In this document: positions 1 through 12,950 of the stretch, one piece after another
Layout: every line of letters starts with the position of its first letter
How positions within the stretch are numbered: the first letter of the stretch is position 1
Origin: the human T2T-CHM13v2.0 reference genome, Homo sapiens
Strand: one strand, 5' to 3'
Assembly (NCBI RefSeq): GCF_009914755.1
Contig: NC_060938.1
DNA: 64,000 nucleotides
Position numbers and translations under genes: made by a program
The notes under the pieces: model-generated
Told to the model about the DNA's origin: nothing
The model's database searches: none
What the model saw: only the letters and a program-made list of their open reading frames with translations

Positions 1-417
1 CTATAAACACTCATGTGCAAGTTTTTGTGTGGGCATATGTTTACGTTTCTCTTGGATATATTCCTAGGAATGGAATTCCTGAATCATATGGTCATTCATG
101 TTTAACTTTGTAAAGTTAACTGTTTAACAAAGTGGCTGTACCATTTTACATTTCCACAAGTAATACATGAAGGTTAAGATTTTTCTAATTATTATAGGTT
201 TATAATATGCTTGTTTTCTGGCAAAGAGTCCTCTAAGATAATTGTTTTCTAGAGTTTCTTGATTTTTTTCTCTTCAATCTAAATTTTAGAATTTGCTTTA
301 CAGGTTCTACATGAATTCCCATAGGGATTTTGACTAGAATTGGATTGTAGATGACTTTGGTAGAAAGCAACATCATTATCAAATTATATTTTCAAATCCA
401 TAAAGATGTTGCATCTC
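1..417 (-). mobile_element. Old L1M (L1MB/L1ME-class) fragments
   Basis: Antisense L1 3'-region motifs (cttggatatattcctaggaatggaatt, aagtggctgtaccattttacatt, gggattttgactagaattgg); heavily diverged. Confidence 0.6.
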
Positions 418-866
418 AACTCTTCACAATAGCAAAGACATAGAATCAACCTAAATGCCCATCAGTGATAAACTGGATTAAAAAATGTGGTACATATACA
501 CCACGGAATACTATGCAGCCATGAAAAAGAAGGGGATCATGTCCTTTTCAGGGACACAGATGGAGCTGGGGGGCATTACCTTTAGCAAACTGACACAGGA
601 ACAGAAAACTGAGTACCCCATGTTCTCACTTACATGTGGGAGCTAAAAGATGAGAACACATGAACATATAGAGAGGAACAACACACCCTGGGGCCTTTTG
701 GAGGGTGGAGGGTGGAAGGAGGGACAGGATAAAAAATAACTAATGGGTACTAAGCTTAACACCCGGGTGATGAAATAATCTTTACAACAAGCCCCCATGA
801 CACAAGTTTAGCTGTGTAACAAACCTGCACTTATACCCCTGAACTTCAAATAAAAGTTTTAAAAAA
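418..866 (+). mobile_element. 5'-truncated L1PA13-like 3' end
   Basis: ORF2 end (ttcacaatagcaaagac...tggtacatatacaccacggaatactatgcagcc), 3'UTR G-rich tract, AATAAA and short A tail; degenerate TSD aaagatgttgcatc / aaaaagctgcatc. Confidence 0.9.
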
Positions 867-1094
867 GCTGCATCACTCAATAGTTTAATTATTCTTCTAT
901 TACTATAAAGTTTTAAAAGCTTTTAAATGGTTATTTTGCATTTTTTAATGGGATTTATTTCTAGCTGTATTTTTAATTTTTATTTATTTTAAATGGTATT
1001 TTTAAATGATTTATTTACATATTTAATAAATTTACAGGTAGCACTTACTCTGTGCCAGGCACTATTCTAAATGACAAACCAATATATAAATATT

Positions 1095-1132
1095 TGTGTC
1101 TGTGTGTGTCTGTGTGTGTGTGTGTTTGTGTG
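1095..1132. repeat. (TG)n microsatellite, interrupted
   Basis: Direct reading. Confidence 0.85.
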
Positions 1133-1135
1133 GTA

Positions 1136-1305
1136 TAACTTCCCACTTGTGGCTTTTAGTTTGAATCAACTTCAGTTTACTCACTGGTACTGGTTAACCA
1201 TTTCAAATCAATTATACCAGTTTATTTAATAACAACATGCATCAAAAAACATTGTTTTTAATGATTAAAGGAATTTTCTTGAAGAAGTGTAGTTATACTC
1301 ATTTT
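1136..1305 (+). repeat. Local direct duplication, copy A (partner 2116-2287)
   Basis: Shared blocks tggcttttagtttg, cttcagtttactcactgg, ttaataacaacatgcatcaa, gtttttaatgattaaa. Confidence 0.9.
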
Positions 1306-1350
1306 TACTCAGACACTTTGACTTTTATTCAACTACCATTAAAAATCCTT

Positions 1351-1644
<294 letters not shown>

Positions 1645-2115
1645 TCCTTATTAATATAAGAGTGATTGATAAAATGGGGCAAAAGATTATGGGAACTGGA
1701 ATGCCAAGTACCCCAGGACGTTTCACATCATATATTTAGAGATTCATACAGTTGATTTTGATTTTTAAAATATAGTTTCTTTAGAAAAACAAAAAAATAG
1801 AAAAGTAAAACATAAAAAAATAATCTTTCCAGGTTCCCTAGGAGTGAATCTGTTCCTTGTCTCTTTTAGCTTCCAGTGGTTAATCCTGGATATGATGTCT
1901 AATTCTGTGTGTCTACTTGATGGAGCCACAGCTTCCAGCAAACATTATTCTAGATGTATCTGTGAGGGTGCATTTGTCTAAGATTTGCATTTACATCTGT
2001 AGATTTTGAGTAAAGCAGATTTCTCTCCTTAGTGTGTGTGGGCCCTATCCAATCAGTGAAAGGCCTGAAAAAAACCCAAAAGTCTGACCTCTGTCACAAG
2101 AGGAAATTCTACCAG

Positions 2116-2287
2116 TAACTTTTATTTTACCTATGGCTTTTAGTTTGTCTCAGCTTCAGTTTACTCACTGGCACGGGTTTGCCATTTCAAAACAACTGTA
2201 ACAGTTTAATAACAACATGCATCAACAAAAATATCGTTTTTAATGATTAAAAGCATGTTCTTGAGGAAATGGATTTATATGCATTTT
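2116..2287 (+). repeat. Local direct duplication, copy B, inserted in the MLT2D LTR
   Basis: About 80% identical by eye to 1136-1305; interrupts the MLT2 sequence. Confidence 0.85.
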
Positions 2288-2459
2288 GATTATTTATTCA
2301 GTAAATAATAATCGGCATATGATTATTGGCCTTTGCATTTCATCTGCAATATTGCTTTTTTACGGTCTCTCCATCCTGACTGCTTTTGACTTTGAACTAA
2401 AACTGTTTCTTGAGTCTCCAGCCTGATGACCTAACCCATTAGATTTTGAATTCACCAAG

Positions 2460-2815
2460 TGATATGGTTTGGCTGTGTCCTCACTCAAATCTCATCTTGA
2501 ATTCCCATATGTTGTGGGAGGGACTCAGTGAGAGGTAATTGAATCATGGGGGCAGGTCTTTCCCGTGCTGTTCTCATGATAGTGAGTAAGTCTCATGAGA
2601 TCTGATGGTTCTGTGAGGGGTAATTTCCCTGCACAAGCTCACTCTCTTTGCCTGCTGCCGTCCACGTAAGATGTGACTTGCTTCTCCTTGCCTTCCACCA
2701 TTATTATGAGGCTTCCCCAGCTATGTGAAACTGTAAGTCTATTAAACCTCTTTCTTGTGTAAATTGCCCAGCTTTGGGTATGTCTTTATCAGCAGCAGGA
2801 AAACGAACTAATACA
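2460..2815 (+). mobile_element. THE1 (THE1C-like) solo LTR
   Basis: tgatatggtttggctgtgtcc...aactaataca; perfect 5-bp TSD ccaag at 2455-2459 and 2816-2820. Confidence 0.95.
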
Positions 2816-3464
2816 CCAAGTCTTCACAATCACACAAGAAGCCAACCCCTTAAAATAAGTCTCTTTCTCTGTATACATTTATATATGCATTCTATTCATC
2901 CTCCTTCTCTGGAGAACTCTGATTATACACTGGGCTTGTGGCCTCATCCCTCTAATCTCCGCCTCCTTCTTCGCATTGTCTTCTCCTCTGTGTCTGGTCT
3001 CCCTCTGCTTCTCTCTTTAAGGATACCTGTGATAGCTTTTAGGGTCCACCCAGATATTCCAGCATAGTCTCTTCATCTCAAAATTCTTAATTTAATCACA
3101 TCTGCAAAGACTTTTCCTACATAAGACAATATTTACAAATTCCAGGGATTAGGTCTTGATATTTTAGGGTGGTTATTATTCAATGTACTACAACTTATAA
3201 GCACTACAAGTCTGTACATACTGTCAAATAGTTTAAGGTTAAGTGTTGTAGCTAATCCAAAAGTGTACTTTTGTCTGGAACTAACTACAGCTTTGGAGTT
3301 AATTTTGTCAGATTCTTTCATGACGTTTTTTGAGTTAATATCTCAAAGACACTCTGTGCATGTTTTGCTGCTGTTGTTTATTTTTCCCCAGAGCAAGTCA
3401 AATAGTACTAGAAAAAACACACGCTTTTTTTGAGTTTTCCTGCAGTCCATATTGCAGATGGTAG

Positions 3465-3645
3465 GACATAGAAGATGATGCCTTGTGTTGGAAAACAGAG
3501 ACTTTGATTCTAGGCTGACTCTAACACTTAACTTGCTATGTGACTTTGGGTAAGTCATTCTCTTAACCTCATTTTTCTCATCCTTAAAAGGTGTCAGTTT
3601 GGTTATACAAACTCTGTGGTACTTTGTCATTCTAACATTTTATGA
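3465..3645 (+). mobile_element. MIR (MIR3-like)
   Basis: Core gctatgtgactttgggtaagtcatt...cctcatttttctcatc, ending ttctaacattttatga. Confidence 0.7.
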
Positions 3646-4890
3646 ACTTGGGTCTATAAACCTCCTTTTACGATGATGTCTCTTGATGGCAGAATAGCTG
3701 ATCCAGCTGTTTCTTATTATCCATCTCACCTAAAACCCAGGTTGTCTGAGTGAATTACTGGAATATTCTAAAAGTGATTCAACAATCTGACATTTTAAAG
3801 GGGACCAAATCATTTTGATATACAACCAACATATGTTAAACAATGTTAACCCATTAATATAACATACTTACGTCAAACTAAAACATTATATATTTACATC
3901 AGTATTTAAATCTCAAATCACAGATGATAAATTTTCACACTGGGTAGATGATAAGTTGTAGATAAAATAATCAAGTTGTTTACTAAAAATATTCCAAAAG
4001 TTTAGGGTTTTTTAAATTAGCCAGGTATAGAAAAGTGTTTTTCTTTTAATTAAAAAGCCCATGAATGCCATGAATCTTTTCAAAATTTCTGCAGATAAGC
4101 AGCAATGTCTAATTTGCATGATGAGAATTTACAAGGAAAAGACTATTGCTTTTTAAATTTATATAGGTGTAAAATGAAAAAGGAAGTCATTAAGTGATTT
4201 TTTATGATAATAATAATCATGAATACTGTGTTGAAAAACTAGGATTTTAACATTACTTTGCAGTGATGCCAATTATCCAGATTTTAATAGTTTTAATAAA
4301 GTATTATTTTTTAAATTACAATAGTGCTTTGATAAAGAATAATCCTATTTAGCTAAAAAATAAAAACTCTATTTGAGGACACAACATTATACAATCAGAA
4401 AACTATGAGCAGATATTTCAAGAAGATTCTTAACCATTTCAAACAAGAATAGGATATATCTTTATCTTATTCAAACATTCCCCAACTGCTTCCTTAACAT
4501 ATATTATTATTTTCATATAGGTGCTGATCAGTTTTGGAAGTAAAGAGTTTACATTCTATAATATACAATATTTGTTTTTAGAAAAAACTTCAAAGCTGTC
4601 TTGTGCTTTTTCTTTATATCTTACACTTTAATATTTGTTGACATTTTGAGTATTAATGAACTACATATATAGTTATTTGCTGAAACTCCTCATAAAATGA
4701 GTTTCTTTGCCAAAAAAACCCATGAAATTCAGCTGCTTAATGGAGTTTCTTTCTGCCGATATTTTAAGTGGACACATTGCCAGTATAACCAAACCAGTTT
4801 GTGTTGTCTAGAACATGTGAATGGAAGGAAATCGTATGGAGGAAAGATTCAAACTGTCAAAATTGTCTGTAGAGTAAGAACTCTATTTCC

Positions 4891-5199
4891 TTTTTTTTTT
4901 TTTTTCTTTTCTTTTTGTTTTGTGATGGAGTCTCACTGTCACCCAAGCTGGAGTGCAATGGCGCAATCTTGGCTCACTGCAATCACTGTCCGCAGGTTCA
5001 AGCAATTCTCCTGCCTGGTCTCCCGAGTCGCTGGGACTATAGGTGTGCACCACCATGCCCAGCTAATTTTTGTATTTTTAGTAGAGATGAGGTATCACCA
5101 TGTTGGCCAGGCTGGTCTGAAACTCCCGGTCTCAAGTGATCCTCCTGCCTCAGCCTCCCAAAGTGCTGGGATTACAGGCGTGAGCCACCACGACTGGCC
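4891..5199 (-). mobile_element. AluS (Sz-like)
   Basis: Antisense dimer, T tail at left, ctcaagtgatc diagnostic. Explains ORFs 4697-5365 and 4915-5139. Confidence 0.93.
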
Positions 5200-5230
5200 A
5201 ATGACTATTTTTTCCAAGACTCCTCTTAGA

Positions 5231-5440
5231 AAGGCAGTAAAGTGGCACCTAATAGCAAAAGTAAATTGCCTTGGCTTGATTGTCGGCTACATCCCTTATA
5301 GCTGTGTTAATATGGGGCAAGTTGCTGTGCTTCTCTGTGCCTCCATTTCTGTAACCTTAAAATAGAAATAATAACTGGATCTACGAGGATTAAGTGAATA
5401 CTAAAACTGAGTAAATTATTAATGTAAGATATTGGTATTA
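5231..5440 (+). mobile_element. MIR
   Basis: tagctgtgttaatatggggcaagttgctgtgcttctctgtgcctcc...gaggattaagtga. Confidence 0.7.
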
Positions 5441-5571
5441 TCAAGACATTAAGAATTACTCTTTTCCACGAATATGAAGAACCTATATTCCATTTTCTAA
5501 AGGAATTTCCTATTTGTTTTACGGTTGATCGGACAGGTCGAGTTTTTCAAAAATGCTCACAGTAGTATTTA

Positions 5572-6097
5572 TTGTTCCAAGTAGTCTTCTAAACATTGCA
5601 ACTTCTCAATAAAAAGATGCAGTTTAATTCTCCTCGTGAGCATTGGTTGGCATTAATGATTCATCCTAATGGATAGACAGTGGTAATAGAGATGTATGAC
5701 TCCAAGCCTAACTTATGCTGGGCGGCAGAGTTACTTCCTCTTCCTCTTGCTCTTGCTCTGCATCTCTCTTTCAATCTGTTTCTCTTCTCTCTGTGTTTCT
5801 GGATGTTTACCCTTGGATCCCATTCCCCATGCTCTGAGGAAGCCCAAGCCACATGGAGAGAGCATAGTTTTTCCAGCTGACAGTCCCAGCTAAGGCCTTC
5901 CTGCCATCCTGACATGAGAGTGATCAAGCTTTCAGATAATCACAGCCTTTGAACCATCACAGCTGATGCCAGACAGAGTTGAGAGGACCTATTCTTGCCA
6001 AAACCTGACCAGATTGCATATTAATGAATAAAATGAATGTTATGATTGTAAGCCACACATTTTGTGATAATTTGTCACACAGGCTTAGTAACGAATA
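5572..6097 (+). mobile_element. MLT1G/H-like MaLR LTR
   Basis: ccatgctctgaggaagcccaagccacatggagag, ccagctgacagtcccagctaagg, aataaaatgaatgttatgattgtaagccac. Confidence 0.75.
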
Positions 6098-6448
6098 TTA
6101 GGCAATGTAGATACATCATGAATTAGAAAGTACTTGCAAAAATATAAGGGAGTCATGTATAAGTTTATTCAGCTTTAGGTAATAGTAAGAAAATTAGGAC
6201 ACAAAAATGTACAGACATCTCTGTTTGAATTAGCAGGATATACAGCCCCAATATTGACATCTGCAACCCCGAGTTTTACATTCCAGCTCCAATCTTACTT
6301 TGCTGGGAAAATTCGTGCATGTTATTTTTCCTTTCTTCCCTTGAGTTTCCTGCGGGTAAATATGGAAAATGCCTTATAGACCTGCTGAGGATAAACATAG
6401 ATAATAGAAAGAACATAGTAAGGCCTTTGTAAATGTCAATTATTGTTT

Positions 6449-6570
6449 TCATTCATTCATCTGACAATATTTAATGAGTACCTTCCATGCTGCAGGCACT
6501 TCCATAGCCCCAGGGAATACACTAGTGAACAGAGTGGACACAGTCCCTGCTCCTCAGAGCTTAGTATCTC
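6449..6570 (-). mobile_element. L2 3' end
   Basis: ttcattcattca...gagtaccttccatgctgcaggcact...cagtccctgctcctcagagctta. Confidence 0.75.
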
Positions 6571-8804
6571 AATATAAAGACCCACTACTTTGTTTGTATC
6601 ATTTTTAGTCTCTTATAAACATAACATTTGGGTCCTTTCTGGTGTATTAACTGGATTCCTTGGTTGTGTAGTTTAACCTTCCTCCTCATCATCATCTTTC
6701 AACTGTGTACCCTCCTCAAAAATAATGATCTGTTCATTTAGTAAACCTGAGCACATTCATTTTAAACAAATCCTTATTCCCTATCCCTAGCACCGTCAGA
6801 AAACTCCTATGTATAACTCTCTGTGATCTTGTTCCTACAAGAGCTTTTATTTTGTTTTCTGTTAACACATTTAAAAAAATATTGCTGAACTTCTACCAGA
6901 TGCTGTGGACGTACTGGGAATCATTTGTGAGCAAGACAGCCTGTACTCAGATTAGTCACATTTCTCCCTCCTTTATTCTGATGTGTGTTCCCAAAGGGTA
7001 GGATCCTTATTTATCTTTGTGCTCTCAGTATTGTCTCCGGAATGTAGTAAGTTCTCATTCGAAGTTTTTAAAATGAATAAATGTTTAATTCTCTAAAATT
7101 AAATTTATTGTTGAATAGACAAATTGAGTTTGTCTTTCTCACAAATGATTCACTTACTGAAGTTCCCTATAGAATGGCACAATTATAAAAGAAATACTTG
7201 ACATCCTTTATAACACAACACTGCATTAACTCATATACCATAGGGGTAGTAATTTATAATCTAATTTCATAGCAATAGTGCTTAGAAACGAAAGATGGTG
7301 AAGGTAACTTTCTTAACCAAAATTATGCCAAATGTTTGGTTTGGGAATGAAATACACATAAGGGAAATTGAGTCGCTGGGAAAACTGGTACTTCATTGAA
7401 AGTGAGATCAAAATGAGTGACATTTTTGAGAGGACTTAGAGGTGAGGGAAATTATTTTTCTTTTATGTGGTCTTTTCAGTCTTTTCTATAAGTGTTATGT
7501 GTGTTTTACCAGTTTACAGTGGCAGGATAATGGGGAAGGAAAGGTCAAGTTCACACAATCTGCTAGAATTTGATTTGCAACTTTTTTTTTTTAATTTGCC
7601 AACTGTTCAAATTTTTCTGTGAACTTTTTTATAAAAGAAAAATATAATTTTTCATAGTTGTCATTGGATAATTTGATTTATTAATGCCACTGAACAGTAA
7701 GTAATTAGATTTACACTTAGTGTTCTGCTGGGATTAGTATTTTAGTGAAAATGACTGTGTGTCTTGGTCTTGGACACCCCACAGCTTGCTGACACGTCCA
7801 TTTCAAGGTAGTCAGGATTGTCTGTGGTTTTCTCTTTTCCAAGTTTTTTTGAAAATTGTTTTTCTCTTTCTTTCTAGTATTCTACCCACACATAAGAAGT
7901 TAGTGGGCAATAGTAAAACCAGAATTATCTGTACATTAAAATGTCTCCCACACTTTCTCTGATAGCACTCATATACATAGACTCGACAGAGCCTGTTCAG
8001 TGTCATGCCAACTCGATGATGCTCAATGTGACAAGATGTCTCTACATATCTGCATATTTTTCTACAGGATTAGACATAAAAATGGTCTTGGAGGGATGTC
8101 TACACTTTTATTTTTTGAAAATTTTACTAGAAAAGCACATTTTCAAATATAAAGACTATCTCCCTCATATCAATTTAGATTTCATTTTTACATAATTATA
8201 TCTTGCTTGATGGCATCAAGCATGATTGATTTTTTTAAAAAATCTAACTACAAAGCATCATATTTTATTTTTAAAATAATATTTTATCAACTTCAGGCCT
8301 CTAAGATCCAGTAAAGAAAAACAGTTGAAGTTTAAAACACATAATTGAAAAATTAATATCATGTGTTTAAAACTGTGAACAAATGAAAAATAAGCTACCT
8401 TCTTCCAACAACTTAGTATTGTATCCTGAACAGTACTTCAGGGGGCCTAGGTTATCCTATTGCTGGAATAACGTGATAGAATAGAAGGGATATATACGAT
8501 ACTAAATACATTAAAAAACTGAAGAAATAATCAGAAAATGTTAAATACCTAATATGTTTTAAACCTCAAGTATAAAAACAGAGAGCTGGATTCAACTGAC
8601 CCACTAAAGTAGAGGGCTCTGAAGGATAGGCCTCTGGGTGTAACTTGTACGCATGGACATATATACATGTACATGCACCCACACAGACACACAAACAAAA
8701 CCATGTAACCCACATCATGATAACCCCCACTGTTGGTAAGAAGTCATGTGAATATTTGTTCAATAAGTCACGTATTTGTATGTAAAAAATTATAAAACAA
8801 AAAA

Positions 8805-9695
8805 ATTGTAAATAAGCATATGAAAAGATACTCCACATCATATGTCATCAGAGAAATGTAGATTAAAACATTGAGATATCACCACACATCTATAAAATGG
8901 CCAAAATCCAGAACACTGACAACATCAAATGCTGGCCAGGATATGGAGCAACAGGAACCCTTATTTACTGCTGGTGGGAATGCAAAATGGTACAGTCACT
9001 GTGGCATACAGATGGGCAGTTTCTTACATAACCAATCATACCCTTACCTGACGATCCAGTATTCAGGCACTCTTAGTATTTACTCAAAAGAGTTGAAACT
9101 ATATCCATACAAAAACATGTACAGGGATGTTTATAGCATTTTTATTAATAATTCCCCAAACCTGGAAGCAACCAGTATGTCCTTTAGTAAGTGAATGGAT
9201 TAATAAACTGGTATATCCAGGCAATAGAATATTATTCAGTGCTAAAAAGAAATAAGCTATCAAGCCATGAAAAGACATGGGGGAAACGTAATGCATATTG
9301 CTATCTAAAAGAAGCTATACCATATGGTTCTAACTATATGACATTCTGGAAAAGGTAAAACTATGGAGATAGTAAAAAGTTCAGTGGCTTCCAGGGGATA
9401 AGAGGAAGGACAGATTAATAAATGGAGCGCAGCAAGATTTTTAGGGCAGTAAAACTACTCTGTATGATACTATAATGGTGGTTGTGTTACATTATACATT
9501 TATACATTTGCTACACCCATAGAATGTACAACACCAAGAGTGAACCTTAATGTAATCTATGGAATTTGAGTGATAATGAAGTGTCAATGTAGCCTCATCA
9601 GTTATTAACAAATATGTCACTCCAATGGGGGATGTAGAAATGGGGGAGGCCATGCATGTGCAGGGAAAGGGGAATATATGGAAAATTCTTTACCA
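8805..9695 (+). mobile_element. L1MC1-like 3' end
   Basis: ORF2 C-terminus (MRYHHTSIK..NAGQDMEQQEPLFTAGGNAKWYS in ORF 8871-9194) followed by L1MC 3'UTR (cccatagaatgtacaacaccaagagtgaacc). Confidence 0.9.
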
Positions 9696-9739
9696 TGCAC
9701 CACAGTTTGCCAATCTGTGGTGCACAAAAGCACAAAATC

Positions 9740-10327
9740 TGTGTGCTGGCCAAAGGCAATAAGAGCAGAGATGATCATGATTTAAAATATCAAGCCAAAC
9801 TCTAGGCAGTTAGTGTCTATAGACAATTTGTATCTATTTCTAAAGATAAACCACATGTGTGTAATATAGTATTTCACAAGTGTTGTCCTGGCCCAGGTTT
9901 GGGATCATGGCTAAGAATTCTTAATTACCCTTCATGGGCAATTTGCTAAGCATGATTCTCAACCACTTCCCTTATTGGGCTTTAACGATTCCAAGTTAAC
10001 AATACACACACTGAATTGCCAGAGGTCTCCAGGTGCTAAATATCCGGGGACAGCCCCTTTTTATTAGGGTCCATGGAATTATGCAAAGCACCCATATACA
10101 GGAAGGCTACTAAACCTAGCAACCCCTTCCTGCTTGCCATATATAGATAAGCCACCTCCTACAGTTCCAGCTGGGTATTACCTTTTCCCTGGGTAGAAGT
10201 CCCTGTGTGGCTCTGTGCGGCAGCCTTCTCTCCTTCAGAACTACAAGTTAGAAAGAGTTCTTCTACCTTTCATCTATCCTGGGGTCATTGTGTTGTCCTT
10301 CATCAGAACCTAACGAATGTTGAAACA
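9740..10327 (+). mobile_element. ERVL LTR, MER73-like
   Basis: ggggacagcccc, ggaattatgcaaa, tccctgtgtggctctgtgcggcagccttctctc, cctttcatctatcc...gtcattgtgttgt resemble the MER73/MER74 group. Confidence 0.6.
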
Positions 10328-11662
10328 CTATAACCCTGTATAAAACAGGAGTAAACCAGACTACCATAAAATGATCGCCATCTGCCATGGATATATGACC
10401 AGGCTTACCCATGGCTGGGGGCTGCCATCGCTGGAACTGAGATTAGGCTTTGGGCAAGCACTTTGTAAAATTATATAGGGACATGAACATTTAACAGAAC
10501 ATGTTTAAGGCACAGCAGCTTTACAGACTGCTTACATCTGAGAATTCTGAGCTAAGCACCCCTTCCTCTGTCCATCTGCCTTCAAGTGCAGGCAGCCCAT
10601 GCACATCTGCTGCCTTTTAAAGAGAAGATCCATCTCTACCAAAAGCAAATGGGGCAAGAGCCTGAGAGCAGGCCTCAGGTCCACCTGCTTGTCTGTATTT
10701 TCCATTTCTTTTTCCATTCTTTTCGTAAATGGCAATGGGAGAAAAAATATAAACAGCTTTTTAAATACTTCTCTGCTTTTTTTCTCCAGTTCTCTGTTTT
10801 CTTGAGACAAAATTATATATTACCAAAGCAAAGAACTACTCCACTCTAGAATATCTTGGTTCCATCTTTGAAAGGTGTTGTTCTCTTTTCACGTATTCCT
10901 CTAGAGGTATTTTTACTACTCACTAAAAGGCAGGAAGAAAATATCTTTAGTATTTAAAATTATTTTGGAAGATTTAAACTCTTAGAGTTTAGAAGTAAAT
11001 GATCAATGCCTCACATCAATTATAATCAATTTTATTTTATTTTTATAATTGTCCAATAATTACAATTAAGAAATAGAAAAAATAGTTTTGCTTTATGTCT
11101 AGTTTTAATACTGCTGTATATTTTTCACATTTGTAAAACATTGTACATCATTTTATATTTTGTTTAAATAAGTATTTCAGTGATAGCCTTGAACATTGTA
11201 TTTTTGAGAAAACTACCATCATGAACCTGCAGGAAATCAAACCATTTATTAATTCATCCACAATTTCTAAAAAGAAAATATATACTTTTTTCCATACTGT
11301 CTTGGGAAATCCCAAGTAAAGAATGCAGATGTTATCAGAATACAATAAATTTTGACAATAATTGTATTTTGACAATTGTTTTCATCATATAAAAACCTAC
11401 AAAGTGTTGAAAAAGCAAACATACTAGAATCAGATGTCAAGATATCAAGTAGGGATAAATTAATAGCAAATCATGTTAAATAACTTCAAAGGACAACTTT
11501 GAATGGAAATGAACAGGAGGTTGTCCAATATAATCTGGTTCTAAAATTCATTATGGAAATAATATAATAAATACAAAAGAAAAAACACGACTATAATAAG
11601 GGTTAGATATTTGAATTCGCCGATCTTAAATGATCAAATTGACAACAGATATGTTCATGAAA

Positions 11663-11812
11663 CACCGTCATTCCCATTTTAACCCCAGGAAATTGAGGCT
11701 CGAAAAAGTCATTTAACTTGAACCTAGATCACAGTTATTAAGGTGGCAAAACAAAATTTGAAACTCTGACTCCAGGTTTTAATCACTGAACCCCTTAACC
11801 TCTGCACCACAT
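11663..11812 (-). mobile_element. MIR
   Basis: cccattttaaccccaggaaattgaggctc...aacttgaacctagatcacag...ctgactccag. Confidence 0.7.
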
Positions 11813-12249
11813 AGAATCTTAGGGGACAGTGCTTGTTCACCTTTGTAACTGTACACATTCAGCATCTAAAGATTGTCATAGTTTTATAGAGAAAAGCTCA
11901 GTAAGTTATATGGATTTGAACCACAGTAGGAGAACCTGTGGAAACTTCTCAATACCTGTGGAAACTTCTAGTACCCATCCTGTGTTCATCTAAAGACAAG
12001 TCTTTGTTGCATTACTTCTCAGTCCTTAAAGTTATTGTTTTTATCTGTCTTACTTTTCTTATTACATTTTTTGAAGTTCAGTAAAATTTTGAATATAGCA
12101 GGGTCTGAGAATCCTTGCTTTGTGGGTTACTGTTAAGGCAATGTTTCTAATATTTTATCACAAAGTAGGATATGTGCTGTGTGTTTTTGTTAAATATTTC
12201 TTATTAGTACAAGGCAGTTAACTTTAATAAGTGTTTTATTAGAATTTTG

Positions 12250-12520
12250 GGGTGGGTGAGGCAGCTGAAGTCTGTAATCCCAGCACTTTGGGAGGTTAGG
12301 TAGAAGAATCACTTGAGCCCAGGAGTTCCAGACCACCCTAGACAACATGGTAAATCCCCATCTCTACCAAAAAAAAAAAAAAAAAAAAAAAAAAAGCCAG
12401 AAGTGGAGGCACACACCTGTAGTCCCAGCTACTCAGGAGGCCAAAGCAGGATTACTTGAGCCTGAGAGGTCAAGACTGCAGTGAGCCTGGATAACAGAGA
12501 AAGAACAAGAAAAATAAAAG
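12250..12520 (+). mobile_element. AluJ with expanded central A27 tract and right-arm deletion
   Basis: cacttgagcccaggagttc (J diagnostic); A run 12369-12395; candidate TSD agaattttg at 12241-12249 and 12576-12584. Confidence 0.9.
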
Positions 12521-12950
12521 ATAGACCTGGCCCATGTTTTTAAAATTAATTTTTTAAATAACTTAAAAATAAAAAAGAATTTTGTTTGTTTCAATTATGA
12601 ATGATTGTTAAATCACAAAACAAAAGTCTGTAGCTCTTCAGATGGTACAACTTTCTCCTTTAATGTGTTGATACCATGAAATACATTGATATATTACCTA
12701 ACAGCAAACAGACTTTGCATTATTGGAATTAATTTTATGAGAGATGCAACTATATTCTGCTTTATCTCAACCTCAGTTATAAATCGTTGAGAATTAACAA
12801 TCAGCACCACCCCTTTTCAAGTTTTCTTTCCCCCTCCTGTCCTTTTGAAAGAACTTCAACAGGTGTCTAAGAATTTCTGTCACGTCTCCCAAGCCTTTAC
12901 CTGCATCTGCATTGTGGCTTCTCTTCTGGTGCAAATCCCACCACTGAAAT

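Larger units (their letters stand above)
1891..2929 (+). mobile_element. MLT2D-like ERVL LTR nested in MLT1C
   Basis: attattctagatgtatctgtgagggtg, agtaaagcagat, atccaatcagtgaaaggcctgaa, ctctggagaactctgattataca; 5-bp TSD ctgga/ctggg. Confidence 0.85.
1822..3192 (-). mobile_element. MLT1C-like MaLR LTR, split by nested insertions (1822-1890 and 2930-3192)
   Basis: gaatctgttccttgtctcttttagcttccagtgg... continues at gcttgtggcctcatccctctaatctccgcctcc...ttaatcacatctgcaaagac...tactaca. Confidence 0.8.

Noticed and set aside
4697-5365. Longest ORF (222 aa)
   Set aside because: Runs through an antisense Alu and a MIR; gives the typical Alu-derived peptide ([13 protein letters not shown]).
11934-11969. 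Short tandem duplication acctgtggaaacttct x2
   Set aside because: Ordinary slippage event; similar ones at about 45738 and 60230.
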